Positions 54,801 through 64,000 of a stretch of 64,000 bases of DNA are shown here, one piece after another. How positions within the stretch are numbered: position 1 is the first letter of the stretch; every line of letters begins with the position of its first letter. Both the position numbers and the translations under genes were made by a program. The stretch is taken from the NCBI GenBank assembly GCA_040954595.2, contig CM082597.2, positions 4,283,244 through 4,347,243 on the forward strand, written 5' to 3'. The notes beneath the pieces are model-generated. The model did not search any database. It was not told the origin of the DNA and worked only from the letters and a program-made list of their open reading frames with translations. The stretch is from Balanoglossus misakiensis. Taxonomy: Eukaryota > Animalia > Hemichordata.

Positions 54801-56305
54801 CCGTCCTGACGATGGGGGCAAGATCGGCGCAAATGTCCCTTTTCTCCGCAGAGAAAACATTCGCCCCGCTGATACCTTCTCTGTGTTTCGTCGCTCCAAG
54901 AATCGCGACGATCAGGAGGTCGGTCCGATGAAGTCCGTTCGTTCCGGACACGCAGGACTGAGCCGTTGTAGGATGTAGCTTCGTCGATGTTATGATCAGT
55001 CTGTTGGATGCGTCGAGATAAGGGGCGGCGGCGATTCGCCCGGTCGTCCTCAGCTAGGAAATAGGCCTCCAGGGAGATGGCCGTTCGGATCGCGTCGTTC
55101 ATCGACTTCGGTTGGGAACGGTGCAGATCCATGCGCAACATCGGGTCGGTAAGGGCTGTCTCGAAGTACTGCCTCGCTAATCTGTCTACGGCGGTAGAAT
55201 CGAGCTCAGGATAGGCGCATTCGGTGAGCTCTAGGATGGAGTTTCCGAATTCTGCGAGGGATTCGTCGCGACGGCGACGTCGACTTTGTAGCTGAAACAG
55301 AAACTTTTCAGCTTGGCCGACGGTGCTGTACTGGTTGTCCAATTGTCGAACTAAACGGGCATACGTCACCTTACCATTATTCTCTAATCGCTTTAACACT
55401 TTCTGGGCGGGGCCATTCAGCAAGGCTGCTAGAAACTGACCTTTTTGTGCTTCATTCCAGCCATTAAGCAGGGAACAATATTGGAAATGGGATTTATAAT
55501 CTTCCCATGATATTATTCCGTCAAATCGGTCGGGCATAACCAGTGGGCGGTGAGGGGGGCGTATCCCATACGGTCCATGAGGGTGAGGTGTGACGTTCAC
55601 ATTCATTTCGTCGTTTAGGCGGTGATACGGATAGGGTACAGCGTCGGCAGAGAAATGGTCGGGATAATCTCGGTCGGTCGTGCTGGAGCGCTGATCGTCG
55701 TTTTTGCGTATATTACGGTGCTGTTCAGACGGAGACAAAGCTGATTCCTCACGTCTTCGAGTACTAGGGTCGTGGTCATACGACACCGGGACTACGGTAG
55801 GTCTTTCTGGGGGAGATTCGAAGTTGGGTGTAGGCGTGCGGAGGTCGAACCGCACGGCGTTTCGTTCGATCGTCGACTCCCGCTGCGGTGGCACGACTGG
55901 AGAACGGTGTTTTGGTCGCCCCCCTTGTTGTTCATATATTTTCGGGGATGACGTCGATTCGTCGGTATTAGACAACGGAGATTGGGGGACGAATTGGCTG
56001 AGTTGGTCGCCAGAGGGTCCTGGGGTCGAGAGTTGTGGGCCAGGCGAGTGCGTGACGGGGCTGTTTTGTTTAGGTGCCGCTGAACCGAATAACGTGGACC
56101 GCACCCTCCCGACAGTTTTCGACAAAACTTCGGCAAAGGGGCTGTGTACTTTGGCAGGACCTCCACTCATGGGGCCACAAGTACTCTCTTCGGAGTCGGA
56201 CGTATCAGGTGATTTGTTCGATGCCTTAAACATTATTACCTTATCGGTGTCATCTAAACTACTTGTTCTGTCGACAGCCGACGTGCTGTCGTCGGGGGCT
56301 GACAT
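54722..56305 (-). CDS. gag: Gypsy gag (527 aa)
   Basis: Capsid-like region PDRFDG..WEDYKSHF..NGW..LNGPA and zinc knuckle CFLCGEKGHLRRSC. Confidence 0.93.
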   Translation of the reverse strand: MSAPDDSTSAVDRTSSLDDTDKVIMFKASNKSPDTSDSEESTCGPMSGGPAKVHSPFAEVLSKTVGRVRSTLFGSAAPKQNSPVTHSPGPQLSTPGPSGDQLSQFVPQSPLSNTDESTSSPKIYEQQGGRPKHRSPVVPPQRESTIERNAVRFDLRTPTPNFESPPERPTVVPVSYDHDPSTRRREESALSPSEQHRNIRKNDDQRSSTTDRDYPDHFSADAVPYPYHRLNDEMNVNVTPHPHGPYGIRPPHRPLVMPDRFDGIISWEDYKSHFQYCSLLNGWNEAQKGQFLAALLNGPAQKVLKRLENNGKVTYARLVRQLDNQYSTVGQAEKFLFQLQSRRRRRDESLAEFGNSILELTECAYPELDSTAVDRLARQYFETALTDPMLRMDLHRSQPKSMNDAIRTAISLEAYFLAEDDRANRRRPLSRRIQQTDHNIDEATSYNGSVLRVRNERTSSDRPPDRRDSWSDETQRRYQRGECFLCGEKGHLRRSCPHRQDGGNDSRPNDRGNARSDNGTQPRPRNL

Positions 56306-56394
56306 AATTTTCGAAGGGGAGTTAAGTTCTCGATTTCAGTTTTATTTCGTTGGTCGCTCAACTTGTGCTCTCGTACTACAGTCTCTGACGTAAA

Positions 56395-56412
56395 ATCCCA
56401 CCGCTGCCACCA
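56395..56412 (-). other. Primer-binding site complementary to the 3' end of tRNA-Leu
   Basis: Minus strand TGGTGGCAGCGGTGGGAT, 2 nt after the 5' LTR. Matches the ATCCCACCGCTGCCA-CCA end of metazoan tRNA-Leu(AAG/TAG) as I recall it. Confidence 0.85.
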
Positions 56413-56414
56413 AT

Positions 56415-56979
56415 TGTCGAGATTTTTCCTTCGTCGTTATTATTACGTTGAGACTGGTCAGGTGATCAGTAAGGGTAACGACCTTACACCCGAGTGACAG
56501 AGCGCACAAGGACAAAATAATAAAGTGTAGAAGCCAACGTGGCGTATTTATTAACTGAACACGAAAAATTATCAACAATACTGCGTAAAAATGAAGAGCT
56601 GTACCTTCTTTGCTGTTGCTGGTGTGGCCTCGATAAGAAAAACCCCTTGAGCGACCCCGTTTTAAAGAGAATCGCTACTTATATACCCTCGGGTCGGATT
56701 CAAAATCAGAAAAGCTAATTTGCATATCGGACGTCGGAGAAAGCACCTAAAATCTACATATCATGTCGGCTTCAAGCCAAGAAAAGTAGCTAAATAAATG
56801 ATTGACAGCTGTCGCTCGAAATCGTCGTTGCTAGACAACCAAAGGCAAACATTGAATGAAAACTGAACGTGCGTACTAACAGGCTAATCGGTTTTGGCGC
56901 GTGTGCCGCGCCTGCTGAGTAATTACAAAAACCGCAAAGGCATTCAGAAATGTAAAATGGACCTCGTTAAACCTCTACA
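56415..56979 (-). repeat. 5' LTR
   Basis: 565-bp direct repeat of 45849-46413, adjacent to the PBS. Confidence 0.96.
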
Positions 56980-59123
56980 GACATATCAACGAGAACAACA
57001 ACCACTTGTTTCGCGCCTCGGGCAGCCCCACTCGAATCCAGGCGCGAGCGCGTCAAATCTTAATGATATTAAGTCACCTTAATCTGCTTGGATAGTAAAT
57101 ACGTCACGGTAAATTACAGACTCGCCCTCTTTTCACTGCTTTTCTATTGCGCGTCAATCCTTTGCAAATACGACAACCTCGGCTGTATCGATGGCGGGGC
57201 AATTCATTATTCAAGGGGGGCCGTGACCTGTCCACCTTCGAACACAGAACACTTGTTGGTGATGTTGAATCTGGGTCGCGCTGTATACAAAAAGTGTATA
57301 AACACTCGATGTGAATAAAAGTCCTGCATTGATGCATACAATATTTTAATACAAACTATAGTGAGGAAGTCTTCATCGTGTATCAGTTCGGATAATATTA
57401 CCTTGCACGATAAATGCCGCAGAAATATCATAATTGTTTGAACACCTGTATATAACTGCAACCACAAACTAACAACACTATAAAGGAAGTAGCGTTGGCA
57501 CACTAAGACATCAACGGTATACAGTCACCTATAGTCTTATTTACATATGTCTATATATGATCAAATGAATGACCATGTGGTGACGTATAATTTTTTAGCG
57601 TGTGACACCCACTGAAAATCTGTGATTGGCTAACTTTTTAATGTTCCATGGCAACAGTGGTAAAATTTGCATACTATAGGTGACCAAGTCTATGAGCGCG
57701 TAACCAAACCAACTCAGCTCAGTACCAGAAACTCGCTCAAAGCTAGCAAATATACGAAAAATATTGAGAACTTTTGTAAAGACGAAAAATCACCAATCGA
57801 CTAGTGGGCTAGTCTACTTCAAAGCCGGACCAGCAGAGAAAACATATCTCCACGTCGTTGCTTCGCGTACCTGCAAACACGCAACCACGCCGCGGCGCGC
57901 GTTTGTCCACCGCGCCGACGGCCAGAACCATAGATACGGCCGCGGCCACCGAGTTCACAATAGACACGGTACAATCGCTTTGGAAATCTCTGACAGGTAC
58001 TCTTTTATCGGCGGATTTATAAGTGGGTGCAGGGTGTCCTCGAGCCATTGGCGAGATATCAGCTGCAGGCTGTTGACCCCTGCAACCAGATGCGCATTGC
58101 TCGACAGTGTCCACTGAGCCGTTCTCACGCCAGCGAAGAAACCGTTCACCGAAGTATCACAGGCTTTTCTCCGCGCCAATACAGAGTTCAGCACAAAGAA
58201 AGAGTCTCGCTCGTTACGCTTGACTATTTATTTTATTCCTGGTTTAATTCCCCAGGCGAGGAAATAAAATGAGGTCAACACACCAACAATAGAAAATTCA
58301 GAAAAATCTCGAATCTTCAGCGCGTTTCTCCTTTGTCGAGTATTGACACATGCATAAAGTTCAACCTCTCACAGTATTTTTAGTTCGCCAACAAGAAAGC
58401 GAAAATATTATGTAGACCTCTACTGGAGATCAAAAGCTGTGGACAAGCACCTTTTGTTCGGGAGAAATTTAGTGTTTACGCTAGATCTGTAAGGGCTGTT
58501 CTCATCGACGTATGTGTAAACAAACTACATGTACACATTGAAATGGTGCTGTCAACACGATTTCCCCACAGTAGCACTTTCTGCCGAAATGTCTATGTGT
58601 TTGATGTACCGTTGAGTCCATGTGCTTGTCAGTGCATAGGAGTTTATATTTGAACATGACTACTGGAAAGGTAGCGTATATATCTTAATATGTGGTACAT
58701 GTACCATGTATAAGATATACGGTGCATGTATATATACAATATCGATATATGGTAGATACATGTACATGTATATAACATATTATTAAAAGTATACATCGTA
58801 TACACAAATATCTGGAATATGGGATATATGGTACATGTACTTGAATATTCAATACGATTTGAACTAATTTCAGATTGCATACAGATGCAAAATGTACAAC
58901 AATGTTTTATTAGTCTAGACTATTGTTATTATTATAAGTTAGAAGTTTTCTGTGCATTATTCTGATTGATGCAATGTGTTGCATTGCCTTTCATCATGAG
59001 AATTCTAGGAGCACACACAGTGTGCACACAAGTGAACATAACTTGTAATACACGGATAATATCATGTTGGTATATACATGATATGTTAAATCATCCAATT
59101 GATTTTATATATCTAAAATAACC

Positions 59124-59229
59124 AACAAACAAACAAACAGACACACACACACACACACACACAGACAGACACACAGTCATGCATGCAGAGACAGACAGAC
59201 AGACAGACAGACAGACTGACTGACTGACA
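59124..59229. repeat. (AAAC)n/(AC)n/(AGAC)n microsatellite cluster
   Basis: Directly visible in the sequence. Confidence 0.85.
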
Positions 59230-60088
59230 GGGTGATGCACGTACATGTAAACGTATTCCGAATAAGTTAATGTAGTAAATACTACGTTACGACCCGCAGG
59301 CCGTCCAAGCCAAAAATATGCGGATAATAGAGAGGCCAATTTACCTGACCGGGTGGCTCGTTTTACACCCGAACCGGCGAACAGGCCGCAACAAAAGAAA
59401 TGATCAAAGCTACAAACTAAACTCGAGCGTGACCAGGTGACCAAACAAAATTCCTAAGTTCAAAGTGTGTCCGTTTTACGCCAGTGTAAAAAAGACAGCC
59501 ATGTTTTACCTCAAATGCAGTTCCACCGTGACCCGGAGACGCGCTCCCTCAGGACGACTCCCAAATTCCACGCGGCGTCCTCGAAAACATCCACCACGAC
59601 TTCACCAAGTCCCTTAATTCGGCAGTTTCAATCCTCAGCTACCACAGCAGACAGGCAAACTCCGTACGGTGGGCTCCAAAAACTCCTCCAAGGCGACGGC
59701 ACAGCTACCAGACCAGAATCAAAATGAGCCACACGACAACGTGGCACTGGGTGGCTTTTCAACTAACACCTGGTCACGCTAATATGTTAAATAAAGAAAT
59801 CAACATAGGTACACCTGGCCACGAAACAAAAACAATAAACTTCATCCAACTATTCGTGATGGTTCTGTACAGGCCGTATCCGAATTCAGGTTTGACTTCG
59901 AAAAGTTGCGTAGTAACATTTCAAATGCTTTAAAAGAGTACTATCGTTCTAGTTAAATTATTTCTCTGTTTAAAATATCGCGTAGTATAAGTTTAAATAT
60001 CCGCTTGATATTATTTAAATCAGAGGAGATCATAAAAGTTCATTTCCTCCCTGTGATTTATACATATAGATAGTGAGTCTGAAACTCC

Positions 60089-61450
60089 TTATAATATAAT
60101 ACATAATTTACGACGTCGTAACCTTTCGCCCGTACAGCTAGATCCGTGTGCTTTGAAAGTTTCGAAGTCGCCAAACGGCTGATGACAATTTGGGCACTCG
60201 TACCACCACTGGTCCAACGCCTGGTCGTCGGGATTGTTCAAGTTCACCGTGACGTCATCGGCATCGGATAGCAAGACGGTGTTTTCTGGGATGCAGACGG
60301 TCATATGTGACAAATAACAGGCGGAGTCGGCGAACGTCGACTGACACGTCGGGCACGCGTTGAGTTCGAAGTCGCCCAGGTTAACGGTGTTGCCTGCCTC
60401 GGCTGCCGCGTAACCCAGTTCTTGGACTTCGTCGGCCGATTCAGCGCTCTCTTCCGCGGGTGTTTCCCGGTGATGTCCGTGACTGCCTGCGCTGCAGTGC
60501 GTCGTATGGAGTGCCAGTTCTTCCATGCAACCGAAGACGCCCTCACATGTCGGGCAGAGGTAGGATTCCCGGTGGTGGTGGGCCCATGCCGCGTTGTCGG
60601 TCGGTTCGCTCTCGTTGCTCGAAGCCTCGAGCTGCGAAGTTTGGTCAACCGGTAGATATTGTTCGTCTGAGAGACAGGTATCCACGTGTACCTGGAGAAT
60701 TGTTTCGTCCGAGAAATTCAGCATACATATCGGACACGCGTACTGTGTTCCCGCCGCATCGCTCTCGGCCTCCTGATCTCGGAGACACATCTCCACGTGA
60801 CACTGCAACGAGACTTCGTCGGGACATTCCACTTGACACACGGGACACGCGAAGGTGGGGCCGCTGTCTCTGCGCGCCCGATGCGGTGCCAACGGCAGCG
60901 CGTTGCTCGCCAGAAAGGCGGCGTTTCTGGAGAGACAAATTTCCACGTGACTATGCAAGGCATCCTGGTCGTGAAAATCAGTCGCACACACGGGGCACAT
61001 GTACTGATGCAGCGACGCCGAATTGTCAGCCGATGGGGTCGACGTCCTTTTGCGGTGAAATATGGCCGGAAGTTGAAGTTTCCGCCGCGAAGATGGCGTT
61101 CTCGTCCCACCGGAAGCTGTTGTCTCGCTTGAGGTCGTCTGCTCCCTTGTGCCACTCTTAGATTTGTGTAAAGTCGGCGTGTTCACAAGCTCGATTAGCG
61201 ACTTCGCCAAGTGACTGTCGGGAAGTCGGTCGATGTCTCCACCTCGTACAGAACCCGTGTTGTCCGTCCTGCAAATGGGGCAAATCAGCATCTCGTCGCC
61301 GTTGGCGCGAAGGACGCCGTCCAAACACGTCCTGCAGAAGATGTGGCCACATTTGGGGAGAACTTTTGGCTCCACAAAGCGGTCCACGCAGATGGAGCAC
61401 TGTAGGAACTGTTCATCAATGAGCGATTGGTCAATAGTCCCGTTTGCCAT
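60089..61450 (-). CDS. RING-finger protein paralogue 4: RING + six CCHC (NOA/UBZ-like) fingers + polybasic CaaX tail (453 aa)
   Basis: CSIC..PKVLPKCGHIFCRTC..CPIC followed by LPDSHLAKSLIE (shared with paralogues 1-3). Six C-x2-C-x12-H-x3-C fingers. Ends RLRRRKLCIIL*. Confidence 0.9.
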   Translation of the reverse strand: MANGTIDQSLIDEQFLQCSICVDRFVEPKVLPKCGHIFCRTCLDGVLRANGDEMLICPICRTDNTGSVRGGDIDRLPDSHLAKSLIELVNTPTLHKSKSGTREQTTSSETTASGGTRTPSSRRKLQLPAIFHRKRTSTPSADNSASLHQYMCPVCATDFHDQDALHSHVEICLSRNAAFLASNALPLAPHRARRDSGPTFACPVCQVECPDEVSLQCHVEMCLRDQEAESDAAGTQYACPICMLNFSDETILQVHVDTCLSDEQYLPVDQTSQLEASSNESEPTDNAAWAHHHRESYLCPTCEGVFGCMEELALHTTHCSAGSHGHHRETPAEESAESADEVQELGYAAAEAGNTVNLGDFELNACPTCQSTFADSACYLSHMTVCIPENTVLLSDADDVTVNLNNPDDQALDQWWYECPNCHQPFGDFETFKAHGSSCTGERLRRRKLCIIL

Positions 61451-63847
61451 TATGAATCACCTCGAAGACAGGTGTGCATGAAAATAGCTGAGAAAAAGAG
61501 AAAATTGTCAATAATTATTTTTTACCGATTCAATGTATCTCTGAGCGAAAAACGATTATACGAGTACTTCAATTTTACGTCTGGCGAATTTAGGTTTTAT
61601 TTTGAAGCCATCGAAAGCAATTTTATGCAATGACGCAAGGAAAGCGAAAACCGGACACAGCTAGTGCAAATCTCTATTACTGAGGCGCCGTTAGCTCTGG
61701 ATACAATAACACGCCTGTCATTTGTAGTATAAACGTATTGTAATATTATTGAATACTTAAAAAAACTCGATGGCATACCATTAAACTGATAAAAAGTTCA
61801 GTGTTCTTTCGAGTGCGGAAGCATGCGTCTGTAGATAATTTCATTTTCAATGTAAAAGTAAACTTTAAAAGGAAATGACTGACAGTGATGTATTGTGTAA
61901 AATATTTTTCAACGCATTTAATATGGCGATTAAGATATTTCAATCGTTGCAACGGGATCTCAAGTGGGTGCATCATGGCATAAAACTGAAGTGCCCACAC
62001 GCCCGAACAATGGAACGCCTGTTCGGTAATCGCTGTAATTTGGGCGTCCCTTTGAAATAAGATTCCGTGTCGCGATATAATCTTCTAGTACCCGCGAACA
62101 GGCGGCGATTCCTTCACCACAGGGCACTTTTCTCTCTCTCGCACGAAGTGGGTGTCCTTCACCCTTTCAAAAGGTACTTTGAACCGAATTGCAATGACCT
62201 CTCCGCGACCCAAAACCAAAACCGAGAGATTGCAAAATCGTCGTCCATCGAGTCGGGCCGGACAAAACAAAACAGGGCAGGTTGTAAGGGCTGGTACCTG
62301 AAACCCCAACCGACCCAACGTGACGTACATTTAGTTCACCGTTCTGTTTTATCTGTGGGATTGTCAAACGCGATACCACCTTGATGTCGTTTGCGTTGAA
62401 CACCTATCAAAACCACCAACAAGGGAGCCGGGACAATGGACTCGATATCGCCGAGACCTTGACTTGGGAGTCGCGTTTACATAATTGCCTGGTGCATATT
62501 TCAGAGATAAATTCAAACACCACGCCTCAGACTGCTGTCTTTAAAACTATTCTCTACACGGCGTATTCACTCGCTTTTGTTCGATCGGCATTGATATGTA
62601 TGACTTGGTCGCTGGGCGCTCGTTGTAGCCCCGTTGCAGGTGTGTTACAATATGCGGCCGCAGTTTACAACGAACGTGCGTGGCACCTACACGACGCAGT
62701 TGACAATGACATACAAATATCCCTCCCCGTCAACATAGAAATGTCCTACCTTGATCAAAAACTGGCGAATGCCAAACCCTGGTGCTCGGCGTTCACGCCC
62801 GCCTTGTTCGCTTCGGCACTTGTCCCGTATTGAAGTTAACAACCGCTTTTAAAAATGAACTACGACAGCGAGGGCCAAAGTTCCGGGGCGTGACGTCACG
62901 GGACGGTGCCCAACAACGCCGCCCCCAATAGTCCGCCATTTGTGATTTAAAAAATCGGTCACCGAAAGACGAAAAGGTAATGTATTCGTTTTGAGTGAGG
63001 GCGTGTCATTCCCAAGACGCGAAGAATGACCAAACTCACACGTTTCGCAGATTAGCATATAACTTCTATCCGTTACGTAAGAGAATTCCTTTAATTGCCA
63101 CCTGGTCTATAATGAGGCAGGTTTCTTTGTTTTCAATCTCGGTTGCAACGCAAAGATTTCAACACCAGGATTTTCCCCAACGACCTTCTAACTCATTGCC
63201 AGTGACTCTCGTAGTGTAAAGCAACCGTTGCATACCGACTACCATGTCTCACAGTTTCTCGTTGATAGACGTTCAGTATATAGTTTTGAGTAATTCACTG
63301 GTATAAAACTCCACTTTATGTAACACACGCGTACGATTACGTGAATCAGTAAAAGAAACACTGACGTAATTGTAGAGGTGAAGAATACCGTATGCAGACA
63401 AGTTTGTGGTGATCATTATTTTATTTTGAAAATGTCTATACACAGCCTAAAAGTTCCAGCGAATAAAAAAGACGCCAATAATATCCAAAATGGCCCCGAA
63501 AAAAGGAAATAAAAACATTGTTATATAGACTGTCCTATGCAACGTAACCACGAAGTCTAGATTTATTTTGAGAACGAAAATGGGCCTGTGTTTTCTGATC
63601 TCAGGCTGGTGTTATTAAAGGGACTCTCGTAGTGTAATGCACAGCAGACCCTTTGTTCCCTATAAACAGACCGTACACACAAATAAAAGCTAGGTCTATA
63701 GTTTATATATGTATAGAAACATCCACGTTTACAAATATGGGCCTTTAAGCAACACTAGTCCCCCGTACTAATGCTTTGCATCGTCAGCGTAAAATTGTCT
63801 GTCAAAAAGTTCATAAATAAAACGATGGACAGAGGTTTCCGGCTTGT

Positions 63848-64000
63848 CTAGTCGCCTTCTTCATCCGCGACAGCGCCCTCAACAATATCATTAGCATGTT
63901 CTTCCTCGGCGTCTGTTTTCTCCGTGGTGGTTTCGTGAGAATCGTCGCTGGTTTTCGCGGAGGACTTCGTCTCCACTGCTTCGATCACTTCCGTTAGGAC
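63848..64000 (-). CDS. Acidic C-terminal end of an unidentified gene entering from the right edge (partial)
   Basis: Open, GC-rich frame VLTEVIEAVETKSSAKTSDDSHETTTEKTDAEEEHANDIVEGAVADEEGD*. Confidence 0.5.
   Translation of the reverse strand, partial: VLTEVIEAVETKSSAKTSDDSHETTTEKTDAEEEHANDIVEGAVADEEGD

Larger units (their letters stand above)
45849..56979 (-). mobile_element. Full-length Ty3/Gypsy LTR retrotransposon with a nested DNA-element insertion
   Basis: Two 565-bp TG...CA LTRs, 4-bp TSD GACA (45845-45848 and 56980-56983), PBS, PPT, gag, and pol in PR-RT-RH-IN order. Confidence 0.97.

Noticed and set aside
57764-58272. GC-rich patch with several 80-117 aa ORFs
   Set aside because: No recognisable motif or consistent splice structure; cannot be called without a search.
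62067-62833. ORFs 62067..62384 and 62381..62833
   Set aside because: No recognisable domain and non-ATG starts. More likely UTR or promoter sequence between two minus-strand genes.

Overview
This is eukaryotic (metazoan) DNA with GT-AG introns and microsatellites; an invertebrate deuterostome is my inference. The left half (1-33.3 kb) is a run of conserved genes: the 5' exons of capicua (CIC, minus strand, running off the left edge before the HMG box), CFAP68/C11orf1 (+), an intronless carbohydrate sulfotransferase (+), HSPA13 (+) and TMEM145 (-). The right half (34-61.5 kb) is an accessory region. It holds four co-oriented paralogues, each with a single coding exon, combining a TRIM-like RING finger with 1-6 NEMO/optineurin-type CCHC zinc fingers. 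Their C-termini differ: a transmembrane tail, no anchor, a basic tail, or a polybasic CaaX motif. Among them sits a DZIP3-type HEPN gene with an intact RxxxxH motif and a predicted spliced tail anchor. A young full-length Gypsy LTR retrotransposon (45849-56979) also lies in this cluster, with apparently identical LTRs, a tRNA-Leu PBS, a -1 frameshift signal and extra 3' ORFs. Its pol is split by a 2.76-kb foldback-like TIR element carrying two inverted arrays of a 69-bp unit rich in GGAAATTTCC palindromes. My best candidate for an undescribed system is the membrane-targeted RING/ubiquitin-binding-finger plus HEPN cluster. All calls were made by eye; no searches were run.
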